The notes below the pieces were generated by a model. It saw only the letters and a list, made by a program, of their open reading frames with translations. It was not told the origin of the DNA and ran no database searches. From Basidiobolus meristosporus CBS 931.73 (taxonomy: Eukaryota; Fungi; Basidiobolomycota), in NCBI GenBank assembly GCA_002104905.1, contig MCFE01000368.1, positions 1 through 64,000 on the forward strand: a stretch of DNA of 64,000 nt. Reading direction: 5' to 3'. This document shows, piece after piece, positions 24,321 through 35,800 of the stretch; position 1 is the stretch's first letter, and every line of letters starts with the position of its first letter. Made by a program: the position numbers and the translations under genes.

Positions 24321-26997
24321 TTGTCCATATCTATTGTGCAGCTGATGTATTAAATTCAGGCAAGCAACATGAGGGCAATAGGCAATAGGCTTTCCATCAA
24401 CAATTTAGTAGAGTGCTTCATCCTGTACTACAAGTTTGCCAGACTCATTACAGATTATCTTCTTGATATCTTCATTCACCTCATTGAAAATAACTTGCTC
24501 CTTCAAGTACATTGGTAATAAACTAGGCCAATCTGATTCATGCACTAAGCTGAGTTGTACAACTTGTTCCAGTCTTGATAAGGCATCAGCAACCATGTTA
24601 TTTGTCACAAGGCCATAGAGAGTATCCAAATTCAGTTGCTGAATGTATTCACTCCATCTTGTCATTCTACTGGATATTAGACTTGTTCCATCATTCCAGC
24701 TGATCAGAGTCACCAATAGTGCCATAGCATGCCAGATGGTGCCTGATCATGCCACAGAGTGCCAGATGGCACCATACAGTGCCAGTTTGGGATCAAAATT
24801 GACATGCATATGACCCTAAGATAGCAAATTAATAACAAAATATACAGCTCTTTCTGGCACTATGATCAATGGCACAATGAAGCAAGTCTATTACCATCCA
24901 AGTAAATATATACTTTAGTGAGCATGAACAGTCTTCACAGCACACCACACTCCTTCAATGTAGCAGCTCCAGGTCATCAAGCAGTGTATTATGGCAAGCA
25001 TCTCCTTCTCAGGCACTGAATAGTTTTGTTCTGCCAAGTTCAGTTTCTTGGATTCAAAAGCATCAGGTTAGTCCTTTCCTGCATGTTCTTGGCTCAGTAC
25101 TCCACCAATTACATATTCTGAATCATCTGTGCACTGAGCAAAGTCTGATCTGAAGTCAGGTACTCTTAAGCTTGGCAGCTTAGCCAGTTCTCTCTTGAGC
25201 ATCTGAAAGGCAGTCTCTCAGGCTATGTCCCACTTCAAGGTGTTGTCTTTGTTGAGGATATCAGTAAAAGGGGCTGCAATATTTGTAAAGGAATGGATAA
25301 GTTTTCAATCATAGGAAATCATTCCTAGGAATGATCTGGGTTCTGATATGCTGTGGGGCTGCTTCAGATTCTTGATGACTCAGCCTTCTTGGGATCCAAG
25401 GTCCCTCCTGAGCTAGTTACTATGTGTTCCTGGTATTTAATGTATTCCTTCAAGAATTCACACTTTGCAAGCTTGCCATGCAGCTTGTTCTTACTTAGCT
25501 TCTTCAAGATCTTTTCAATGTGCACCAAGTGGTCCTGATCTGTCTTGTAGCATATTAATATGCCATCTAGGTAAATTGCACCAACTTGTCTAAGTACTCC
25601 TTGAACATGGTTTGCATCAAGATGATGAATGTAGCAGAGGTATTGGTGAGGCCAAAACTGATGGCTAAACACTTGCAGTATCCATATCTGGTCCTAAATG
25701 CTGTCTTAGGGATGTTTCCTAGTTTCACACTAATCTGGTTGTATCCTGACATGATATCTATCAAGCTGAATATAGTGGCTCTATTGAGTTGGCCCAAAAG
25801 CTTGTCATCCCAAGGTAAGGGGTACTTGTGCTTCATAGTAATTGAGTTGAGTACTCCATAATCAATGCACATCCTGAGTGCTCCTTCTTTTTTTTTCACA
25901 ATAAGTGTAGGTGCTCCTCAAGGTGACCTGCTTAGTATGATATATCCTTGCTCTAACAACTGATATATTTGTCTCTTAATCTCTTCCAACTCCAATAGAC
26001 TCATTTTGTGAGGTTTCTTACTCACTGGAGGGCTATCTCTTATCTTAATGGTATGATCCACATCTCTGACTGGTGGTAGGCATATATGTTCATCTCAAAA
26101 CATATCCAAATATTCCTTAAAAAGAGTCTGTACCTTCTGGGGAATTGTGGCAAAGGCATCTTTCTGTAATACCACCAGGAGGAATATCTGGGTACCTTGG
26201 CTACGTGCTCTACAGAGCTGTGCCCTGATAAGATTACTTGTTTAATACATACTGAAAATGACCAAGTTAAAATTCAGTCAGACAGGTAATAGCACAGAGC
26301 ACCTGTTGACCTTCTGGATCTCAATAGCATGGGTTATCCAATGATTAATGAGTTTTAACAAAATAACCAGGTTTTTCCAAGTACAAGGTCAAACTTGCAG
26401 CTCTCAAATATATGCCTATAGGTCTTCTTCTTAGTTATTGATATTCATTAGTACTGGCTGAGTAATTTGGTTGAATATGTGAGTTTCCAATCAGCTGCTG
26501 AAACTGAAATTGATTTGGTGGGTTCCTGGTGGGTTCCAGCCTTTAAGGCAAATTGCTCTGACATGTACTCATAGTAGTCATTATATGATGTTGCTGGCTG
26601 AGAATCTGCAGTAACTGTGGTTGCTGGACCAGGATTTGCTGCACAGCATTCTACCACTCTTGATTTTCTGACATCTTGAGGGAGGCTTCTTTTTTCTTCA
26701 GGAGGGAGGTTTCTGGCTATTGCTACTACCAATGTCACAGGTATTGATAAAAGAATTGTAGATGAATAGATAGTTAAGCTAGTATTGAGTTAACCAAAAC
26801 CTGAACTGACCATTATTGAGGTTCTAGCAGCCCCATATATACATTTTGACAGATCAGTTGTTAACTAATTGTATTTCCTAATGTAGGTTATGGCTGATGA
26901 CTGATCTAATTGCATCATCATCACCAAATTAGATCATACTTGATGTATCTATTTCTGTCTGATATAGATCTGCTGATTCATCTGCTGACTAATAGAT
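24321..26997 (-). mobile_element. Ty3/gypsy family D, truncated: partial 5' LTR 26733-26997, PBS, internally deleted gag, PR-RT-RH
   Basis: PBS TGGTAGTAGC; RT motifs [28 protein letters not shown] and IYLDGIL. The gag start is joined directly to the protease region at ~26575. Confidence 0.9.
24679..24889. mobile_element. MITE (211 bp), TIR AGACTTG(T/C)T, 3-bp TSD ATT
   Basis: Left end AGACTTGTTCCA, right end TGAAGCAAGTCT; ATT at 24676-24678 and 24890-24892. It interrupts gypsy RNase H and contains repeated GTGCCA/TGGCAC motifs. Confidence 0.85.
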
Positions 26998-27000
26998 CTT

Positions 27001-27243
27001 AGTTTAAGATATAACCTCAACAAAGAAACTTGTTTAACCAATGTCAGAACTATACCAACCCAATACATTAACTTGAGCAACTTAAACACTGATGTTGGTA
27101 TGTACATGGATAATTTCTTGGCTGAATTATTAGATCTTTCTGAGTTTCCTTTGTTGAAACATGGCAAAGAGAAAGACCAAAAATTTATTGCCAAAGACAA
27201 CAGAAAAACTATTATTGCTATGGCCAGAAAAATTATGGAATGA
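27001..27243 (+). pseudogene. C-terminal remnant of an unknown ORF, 5' end lost at the LTR junction
   Basis: Open 80-codon frame LRYNLNKETCLTNVRTIPTQYINLSNLNTDVGMYMDNFLAELLDLSEFPLLKHGKEKDQKFIAKDNRKTIIAMARKIME*; not TE-like. Confidence 0.45.
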
Positions 27244-27280
27244 TTGTAATTAAAACTTTTTAAAAAATATTTTGTCTAGA

Positions 27281-27502
27281 ATGGATTTGAAAAGGGATAG
27301 GTTACATTTAATATTGTTGAGATTAGAACTGTCAGTAAGAAATAATTTACATGAACCAACAATGGAGAAAGCATATGATTGTTTTTTGCAGATTGGGAAA
27401 GACAACATAAAAGAGTTAAGACTTTATGTACAAAAGGTTCACCCACAAGAGATTAGACCAAAATTAATAAAGTATTACAAGTCAATATGCCAACTGTTGT
27501 AA
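27281..27502 (+). CDS. Hypothetical 73-aa protein
   Basis: ATG 37 bp after the previous stop; MDLKRDRLHLILLRLELSVRNNLHEPTMEKAYDCFLQIGKDNIKELRLYVQKVHPQEIRPKLIKYYKSICQLL. No recognisable family. Confidence 0.4.
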   Translation: MDLKRDRLHLILLRLELSVRNNLHEPTMEKAYDCFLQIGKDNIKELRLYVQKVHPQEIRPKLIKYYKSICQLL

Positions 27503-27541
27503 AAATGCAAGAAGTATTTTTTTTAACCTGAAATTTAAGTA

Positions 27542-27690
27542 TTGGTTTAAACCTTTTTTAAAAATCTTTTCTTTAACTTGAACTATAACTTTGGTTTAAG
27601 CCTTTTTAAAATACTTTCTTTAACTATAACTAACTTTGGTTTAAACCTTTTACAAAACTTTTTTTTATTTCTAACAACTTCTGGTTTATT
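27542..27690. repeat. Three to four degenerate tandem units of ~45-49 bp (TTGGTTTAAACCTTTT..)
   Basis: Units start at ~27542, ~27591 and ~27636, with a partial unit at ~27682. The minus strand encodes repeated K(S/V/I)FxKGLNQ(S/Y). Confidence 0.8.
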
Positions 27691-27816
27691 TTTTTATTCA
27701 TACTGTTTTCACTCATATATTCTTAGCATTCTTATCTCAAAAACTTAGCTTATTTTCTTTCACAAGTATATCACTCATATATCTTGTTTAGTTTTTGTAC
27801 TTCTCCACATATCTCT

Positions 27817-28629
27817 TTAAATTACTCTCCTCCATGAGCCTATCCTACTCCTCTTGCTCATACCCATCATCAATATTCTTCTCAAAAATAACTTCCCTAG
27901 CCCAGTATTTGCTCTTGTCCCAGCTATTATTGCTATCTTTATCAAGTCATCTTTATCCTCCACTTTCAACAATTCTAAAACCTTTTCCAATGTTATAAAC
28001 TTTATCTCTCCTTTGTTTATATCCACTATCACCGCCTTCACTGTACCATTTAATATCACATCCAACTTATCCATGATATACCCCTTGTTATCATATTTTA
28101 AATCTGGCTCTGTTGTTAACATAAATTCATTTGGATATTTGTTGTAATGTATCTCTATACCGGATATTATTTCTGTTATCCCATATCTAATTTTTGACAC
28201 AAAAATATCATATACATGCATTGCTTTGTTTACAGATAAAATATTAAACTTTAACTGGTTCCCCGCATCATTCAACAGTTTCTTTAATGCTCTCTTAGAT
28301 TTACCCCCACTCATTGCTTTTGGCAAAACTATTACAGTCTTACCATTCTCTTGGTGCATCTGGTCTATGTATCTTATACATCCTCCCTTAATATTCTCCA
28401 ATCTGTTCTCCAACTCTTGCTTAGAACCCTTTAATATCTTAAATACCATTCTAATCTTATCTGATATTGTCCCACATTTCTCCTCCAATTTCTTTATCTC
28501 CATCTCTATGAACTTTGTCAACACAAATTCCACAACCACAAAATACTTACTAAATGGCTCTTCTTGAACAAAACATACTCCATAAGAAATGTTCTCAGAT
28601 ACAAATTTCTCAAACTCACTTGTCATCAT
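27817..28629 (-). CDS. Degenerate XPG/FEN1-superfamily (PIN + H3TH) protein, Mkt1-like; 3' part probably frameshifted and extending to ~27484
   Basis: 270-codon intronless ORF. EIKFITLEKVLELLKVEDKDDLIKIAIIAGT resembles the FEN1/Mkt1 H3TH region, YIMDKLDVILNGTVKAVIV resembles the DxD-LLFG segment, and EPD sits at the EAE position. Several catalytic Asp positions are substituted. Alignment from memory only. Confidence 0.55.
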   Translation of the reverse strand: MMTSEFEKFVSENISYGVCFVQEEPFSKYFVVVEFVLTKFIEMEIKKLEEKCGTISDKIRMVFKILKGSKQELENRLENIKGGCIRYIDQMHQENGKTVIVLPKAMSGGKSKRALKKLLNDAGNQLKFNILSVNKAMHVYDIFVSKIRYGITEIISGIEIHYNKYPNEFMLTTEPDLKYDNKGYIMDKLDVILNGTVKAVIVDINKGEIKFITLEKVLELLKVEDKDDLIKIAIIAGTRANTGLGKLFLRRILMMGMSKRSRIGSWRRVI

Positions 28630-28801
28630 GTTTTTACTCTTGGCACAAATTTGTAATACACAAATATATATTTTCTGTTTGAGTTTTTTTTCTTTTCATT
28701 GTTGTTAAAAAATTATTTCTTTTTTTATCCAAAACTTTAAAGTGAGAGAGGGTCAATCTGGTTTATTATACTACGCAAACATTCTTTTTTCTCTGTATAC
28801 T

Positions 28802-29126
28802 ATGACTTCTTCCAAATTTTATTCTATTCAAGCTAACTATTCTCCTACTTTTAGACCTTCTGATGACCTGTTTTATGATTTTGTCAATGTTATCAGCAAA
28901 GGTACCAATGCAAGCGTTGGACTTATAAATGCCAGCATTCTTAAAGTTAAGAAGCGTGAAGGTTGTGTTGTCCGGAAAGATGGCAATATAGATAAAGTAT
29001 GTGCTATGACTTCAAAAAACTCTGGTGTACCTATATCCCCCAAATCCAAACATTCTAGACAGAACAAAACTATTCCTTTAGTTAGAAATAAAATCCCTGA
29101 CAATGCTTTGGCATCACTAGCATCTG
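28802..29126 (+). pseudogene. N-terminal ~108 codons of an unknown ORF, truncated by a family B fragment
   Basis: Open frame MTSSKFYSIQANYSPTFRPSDDLFYDFVNVISKG...; divergent from 28629 across a 172-bp A/T-tract spacer. Confidence 0.45.
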
Positions 29127-29875
29127 ATGCAGCTGTGGTCAATGGTTACAAAGACAGAGAAATTTCTTTACCTGTACAAGAACAAACCTGGGAAAAAATC
29201 AAATATAATAAAAGATACCTATTGTGAGTATTCCTCACAAGTGGTGCCTTGAATGTTTGTTGGCTGTCAGCACAGTTTCATGGGAGTGTCCTGTGGTCTG
29301 GGATTTGATGTTCAGGTAGCAACAGGTAGCAGTGATCACACTAATCAACAAGTCAGCTTATTGATAAAAGGAATGATTATTTATTGTTGAGGGATTGCCA
29401 CCCTTTTATACTTTTCTCACTGGCAAAGTAATTACTAGTCATGGTGCTCCAATGGTCAAATAGAAATATGAATGACATCACAATGAGCTAAGAATGTTCT
29501 AAGTAGGTGCTGGAAGGCTCTGAGAGAAACATCCCCCCAACCAATCTGGGATCAGTCTTCTGAAGCCTGTGTAACATAGGTATACCATATATGGTGTGAC
29601 AATGGTAGGGATGGTGATGTGGTTTAGTCATGTGTCACAGGTACCAGTACAGGTACCTGACTAATATAAATGAACATACATCAAGTAAGCTTAAATAAAG
29701 TGAGGGATAACTTAGGAATAAGGAAAGCAGGTGTGATAGTCAGCCGGCTTATGATATAGTACTGATTGAATAAGATAAATGGGGTAAAACTAATAAAAGG
29801 GTAGTAGAAAAATATGGTAGTAGAAATATGGGAATGAGTACATCTGTCAGTTGGTATCACTTTAACTCTACCACA
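29127..29875 (-). repeat. Family B element, truncated on the left; right flank ATGG
   Basis: Homologous to 15680-16442. Confidence 0.88.
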
Positions 29876-29914
29876 ATGGTAGATCATAACTGCCATGCAT
29901 TATTCTCCTTTACT

Positions 29915-30560
29915 GAATTCTGGATGATCCACTGCCCAGAGTGCTGTGTCATGCCTACTTCAAGCAAATGGCCCACTAAGCCAGATGATTTACCCTCAAT
30001 GACAGGCAGTGCTTGAAACTTAACTCAGTGTGCATTTTATTTGCCAGAATAAAGGTGCCACTGCCCTCTATATGGTCTGTAAATCCTGAATGTGAAGGTA
30101 TCCAAGATCCCCCTGATATGGACTATGTTGCTGAGCAATCTGGGATATGAAAGTTTACTGGAGCTTTTGAGCCTAGTATTCCATGCTTGTTTGAAATCAT
30201 TCACACTATCTGCAAGGTGGTTCTCCATTGATGTCAGCTGGGAATGAATGCTTCTTGGACTTTTGTTGCCATAGACCGTGTGATGAAACCTTGTAGGGCA
30301 ATAGTTCTTGTAATAATAGAGAAGTTTAACAAGGGATCTCCCTGAGTATAATGGGGTTAATGGTCTAAGTACTTGGTATAGAGCTCCTCTAATGTGGCAA
30401 AAGAAAATCCAATGGTAGTGATGAGATTGATGATAATAGACCATTCAGAGGAGTAAGTCATACCAGGTTTGGTAGGTGATTGGAGAGATGTGGTTTGAGT
30501 TGATTTGGCAGACTCAGTATAATTTATCAGTTTTCCATGTATCATAATTGAATCTCCATC
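29915..30560 (-). pseudogene. Second copy of the DDE_Tnp_4 transposase (N-terminal half)
   Basis: ILDTFTFRIYRPYRGQWHLYSGK; homologous to 11840-12465. Confidence 0.88.
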
Positions 30561-32790
30561 AATGAGCCAATTGGTGAAAAATCAGCTTGTGTTAGGCCTA
30601 AATTGTCTAATTCCAATCAAATTGAGTATCTGTAAAAGTAGTTTATTTGGCAAATAAGCTAGGCAATGTTGAAGGAGCTCTGGAGGTATTAACACCATCA
30701 AATTATTGACTATGGTGCCTTCATACATTTGTAGGCCCATGATAACATTGTCCTTTAGAGCCAAGAAATACTTGATGATATTTATTGATGACAGGACAAG
30801 ATGTATGTAGGTGTACTTACTCAAGACAAAGTCTGAGGCTCTGGAGATGTTTAAGCACTTCAAAAACATGACCAAAACACCAACTGGGTGTAAATTGAAG
30901 GTGTCTTGAGTTTTACGTTTCAAAAAGGAATGTGACTTTATATCCATCCTTTAATTATATTATAAAGTAACTAAATTTGGAACTCAGAATCCAAAGTTTA
31001 TTTGCAACACTGCTTAAAGGAGCTTGCAAAATACTGCTCATCTACTTGTATATTTCAGCAGACCACTATTCCACATACTCCACAGCAAAGTGGGGTTGCA
31101 GAACATGCACACAGAACAAAAGTAGAGATGGCAAGATCCATGCTACATATTATAGGAATGGACCACAAGCTTTGGGCTGAATCTGCTGCTATCATGAAGT
31201 ACTTCAAGAATAAATGCCTAACAGCAGTACTATATGACCCTACACCCTTTGAAGCATATAGAGGCAAGAACTAGTCCTCCTGCACTACAGCATCTTTGGC
31301 AGCAAGGTTTCTTATTACATCCCTGACAATGAGCACATAAAGTTAGGATCACAGAGTAGAAGCAGGATCTTTTTTGGGTATTGCGAATATTCTGATGGGT
31401 ATAGAGTATATGATGGCAAAATTTGGAAGCTGATTACAAGCAGGGACACTGTACTAGAGGAGAATGCAAATCAGGAAGCCACTGAAATCATTGGCCAGCT
31501 GCCTGATGATGTCATCAACATTAATGAAGAAAGTACATGTTATGGTCTACTGCTTGATTGTTTAAGATTAGTTTTTAGTCAAATCAATTAATTATATGCT
31601 TAGCCTATCAGTATATCAGTGTTATCTATCAAGTTAGTGGCATTAGTCAGCAAATGATTCAGCAAATCCTTATCAGACAGGAATAGATATATTAAGTAGG
31701 ATCTGATTGGGTGATGATGATGCATTCAAATGAGTCATCAGCCACAGCCAACTTTAGGAAATACAATTAGTCAGCAATTGATCTGGTAAAATGTAAATAA
31801 GAAGCTGCTGGAATCTCATTGAAATAAGTTCAAGTTTTAGTGAACACAATACTAACTAAACTCCCTATTTGTCTACAACTCTTATACCAAGACTTGTAAC
31901 ATATGTACCCAAGTCACCCAGACATGGAATACTATCTCCTGTTCCAGGTCAGAGCAAATTATCTCAGGTAGGTGATCTAACTGAAAACATGAAGCCCTTA
32001 TCTTGCCTTATATACATTCAGAATCTTGAACAGGATATGCAAAGTCCATATGCTCTTATGTAGCAACTAGCCATGCAGAAGGAGTACCAATCACTGATCA
32101 GGGCAAAAACATGGGAACTTGTAGGTTCACCATTTGGGAGAAAGCCAATAGGATTTATATGGGTTTACAAGATCAAGATAGCCTTATATGGCACTGTTGA
32201 TACTTACAAAGGTAGATTGGTGGCTAAAGGCTATTCCCAGATCCAGGGAGAGGACATTATGGAATCATTTGCCTGATTGGTCAAATTCAACTCCTTTAGG
32301 ACAGTTCTAGCCCTGGCTGCTGAACATAGTCTAGATCTACACCAGATAAATATTAAAGCAGCCTTTCAAAATGGAGCTCTAAAAGAAACTATAAATATAG
32401 AGCAGTCAGAGGGCTTTACTGATACAAAAGGCCACTACAAGGTGTGCAGACTTGGGAAACTGTTGTATGAGCTTAAGCAGTCACCCAGAGCATAGTATAG
32501 CAAGATTGAAACTTATTTGGATGAGATTGGATTCAATTGTAGCACTGATGATCACAGTGAATATGTGAAACACCTCAAAAAGTATTCATCATCCTTATTC
32601 CTTATACAGACAACCTAATCATAGCTTCCAGTAACCAGGAGGAACTTGAACTGACAAAATGAATGTTCTTCCACAAGTTTGAGAAGAAAGGTCTTGGAAC
32701 AATGAGTAGCTTTCTTAGGATTGAAGTCAAACGTGATATACCTACTGAGAAAAGAGTGCCAAATTAGTATATGTACATCACGGACATTCT
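30560..32790 (+). mobile_element. Copia family E internal fragment (integrase and RT), split by a gypsy D solo LTR
   Basis: Motifs YFCEVTFIDD-like KYLMIFIDDRTR, PQQSGVAE, YKGRLVAKG and YELKQSPRA. Confidence 0.85.
31538..31901 (+). repeat. Gypsy D solo LTR (364 bp); TSD inferred as TACG, decayed to TACA / TATG
   Basis: TGTTATG..TTGTAACA. The homologous empty site at ~33735 reads GATACGTACC. Confidence 0.85.
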
Positions 32791-32839
32791 GAACTGAGTT
32801 GAGGGCTCTGTAATCAATGCACATCCTAAGATCATAGAT

Positions 32840-35800
32840 CATAGGATTATTCCCCTATAGTCAGGATCAAATTAGCACTAATACTAACTATTATGTACTA
32901 ACCCTGAAACTGTTGCCAAATGGTCCTGAATATTGGGAAACCCTCCTTACTTAGTGCTACAGCTGTAGTACTTCTACAAAGGTATAAATACTGAGCTTCT
33001 TTATAAGTAACCAACAGTTCAACTATTATCAATATTTCATGATAAGTACCTTATATCCAAATCACTTCATAAATTGTAACAGGTTATGAGCCCCAATTGC
33101 CTTAATTGATTCTAAAGGTGACCTCTGCCAGCAAACAGAACAACACAAACATATTCCCTGTAAAGGAGAGGTTAGATGGAAAGAACTACAGACTTTGGAG
33201 AATCAAGATGCAGATCCACCTTGAGGAAAGGAAGCTTTGGAATATAGTAACAGGAAAAGAAGTTGAGCCCAAAGGAAGAGCAGAAGAAGTGGAGGAGTTT
33301 TGAAAGAAGGAGAGAAAGGCCTTTAATGCCATATGTATCAATGTGCAAGATTCCTTCATTGGACAAATCCATGCCTCAAATACTGCCAAAGGAGCATGGG
33401 AATCCTTAGGGAAGATCTTTAGGGCAAAGTTAGTATCAAGCAAGCTTTATTTGAAACAAAAGTTCTTCAACTTGAGGAAGAAGCCAGATGATGACATGCT
33501 GCAACACATTACCAAAATGGAGACACTTGCAGAAGAACTTTACAGTTTTAATGCTGGTGTAGAAGATGAAGAAAAGATACTCTGTCTGCTTTGCAGCCTA
33601 GGTATAGAGTGTATGATGGCAAAATTCAGACGCTGATCAAGAGCAGGGATGTTGTATTTGAGGAGAATTCAGATCAGAAAGCCACAGAAATCATTGGCCA
33701 GCCGCTTGATGATACAATCAACACTAATGAAGAAGATACGTACCAAATCCAGCCAGATACGGAAGATACCTCCACCAGTTCCAGATCAGAACAGATTATC
33801 CAAGTTAGGAGATCTACCAGAATAAGAAATGCCCCTGGATCCTGGTGGCAGACATCCAATGATCACAAAGAAGCTTATATGGTCTTATGTGCCAAACCTC
33901 AGAATCTGGGACAGGCAATACAAGGTCCAGAAGCTGCTATGTGGCAACAAGCCATGCAGGAGGAGTACCAATCACTGATCAAGGCAAAAACTTAGGAACT
34001 GGCAGATTTACCAAATAGGAGAGAGCCAATAGGATGTAGATGGGTCTATAAGATCAAGATAACTTCAAATGGGGCCATTGATAAGTACAAGGCTAGATTG
34101 GTGGCTAAAGGCTATTCCCAGATCCAGGGACAAGACTTTAAGGAGACATTTGCTCCAGTTGCCAAGTTTAACTCCATTAGGACAGTTCTAGCCCTGGCAG
34201 CTGTACACAGTCTAGTTCTACACCAAATGGAGGTCAAAACAGCTGTTCTAAATGGGGATTTGCAAGAAACTATGTATGTATGGAGCAACCAGAAGGCTTC
34301 ACCAATCCAAAAGTGCCCAATAAGGTGTGCAAACTTGGAAAATTGTTGTATGGACTTAAGCAGGCACCTAGAGCATGGTATAACAAGATTGACACATATC
34401 TAGAGGTAATTGGGGTCTATTGTAGCACTGCAGATCACAGTATATATGTGAAGCAGCTAAAAAGGGGTGCAATCATCCTAGTACTTTATGTGAATGACCT
34501 AACTATAGCTTCAGGTGACCAAGAGGCACTTATACATACAAAATCAGTTCTCTTCAGCAAGTTTGAGATGAAAGATCTTGGAAAATGGGGCTATTTTCTT
34601 GGAATTGAGGTCAAATTTGAAATACCTACACAGAAAATTGTGCTGAATCAGTCTAAGTACATCAGGGACATTCTTAGATGCTCAAAATGGGAAATTGCAA
34701 ACCTGCAGCTACCCCTATGGACAATAACCTGAAGTTAAGCAAATCTCAGCCAGTTATAGATGAAAATGGCTCAAATATGGACCAAAACTTTCCCTATCAA
34801 TCAATGGTTGGTAGCCTAATGTACTTGATGGTGTCTACATGTCCACATATTGCAGTGGCAGTTGGAATAGTAAGGCAATTCATGCAGAATTATGGACCAG
34901 ATCAAATTGCAGCAATTAAGCAGATTTTCATATATCTACAAGTTACCATAAAAATGGTACTGGAATACTCTGGAGCGGCTAATTGGCAAAAATTTGATGG
35001 TTATAGTGATTCAGATTGGGGTAGGGATCTGATTGACAGACACTCTAACACAGGCTGTGTATTTCTTTATGCTGGTGCAGCAATTACTTGGAATTTCAAG
35101 AAACAACCAACTGTGGCCCTGTCTACAACTGATGCAGAATATATAGCTGCACGTCAAGCAACTAAGAAGGCTATATGGCTATAAAAATTATTCAAAGACT
35201 TAGGTTTTAATTCAGATGAACCAATATGTATTTACAAGGATATTCAAAGTTGTATTTCATTAGCTAGAAATCCTACAATCATGCCAGAACTAAGCACATT
35301 GATATACAGCATCACTTTGTAAGGGAAGCTGTAGAAAATAACTTAGTAGAGTAAGTGTACTGACCAACTAACAAAATGGTGGCAGATATATTGACAGAAT
35401 CACTAGCTGTGCCACAATTTGAGAATCTAAGGGAGGAATTAGGATTAAGAAATTATTTAGATGAGGGGGAGTGTAGAAGTACTGGACTATTTGGTATTAA
35501 TCTGCAGCTAAAAATTTACTTAACAATTCTGGACTGGTCTTGGTCACTGAGAGACTAATTCACAGCTCTAATTTTGCCACTTTCTTCAGTTCTATGATCT
35601 TATGATTATTCTCCTATAGTCAGGATCATATTAGCACTAATATTAACTACTATGTACTAACCCTGAAGCTGTTACAGAATGCTCCTGAATATTGCAAAAC
35701 CCTCCTTACTTGGTGTTACAGCTGTATTACTTCTACAATGGTATAAATAATGATATTCTTTATTAATAAACAACAGTTCAATTATTATCACTATTTCTTG

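Noticed and set aside
27542-27690. Regular short repeats as a CRISPR-like array
   Set aside because: The units are degenerate and abut without unique spacers, the context is eukaryotic, and no cas genes are present.
27000-29126. Yeast-type cytoplasmic linear plasmid (pGKL/VLE) origin of the island
   Set aside because: I found no ATNTGA upstream element before the start codons and no terminal-protein DNA polymerase or RNA polymerase remnants.
28742-29227. 161-aa ORF as one intact gene
   Set aside because: The part after ~29126 is read-through into a family B fragment, and the upstream GTG start is less likely than the ATG at 28802.
30905-31005. ~100-bp AT-rich insertion in the copia E integrase
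   Set aside because: No convincing TIR, TSD or second copy; cannot be classified.
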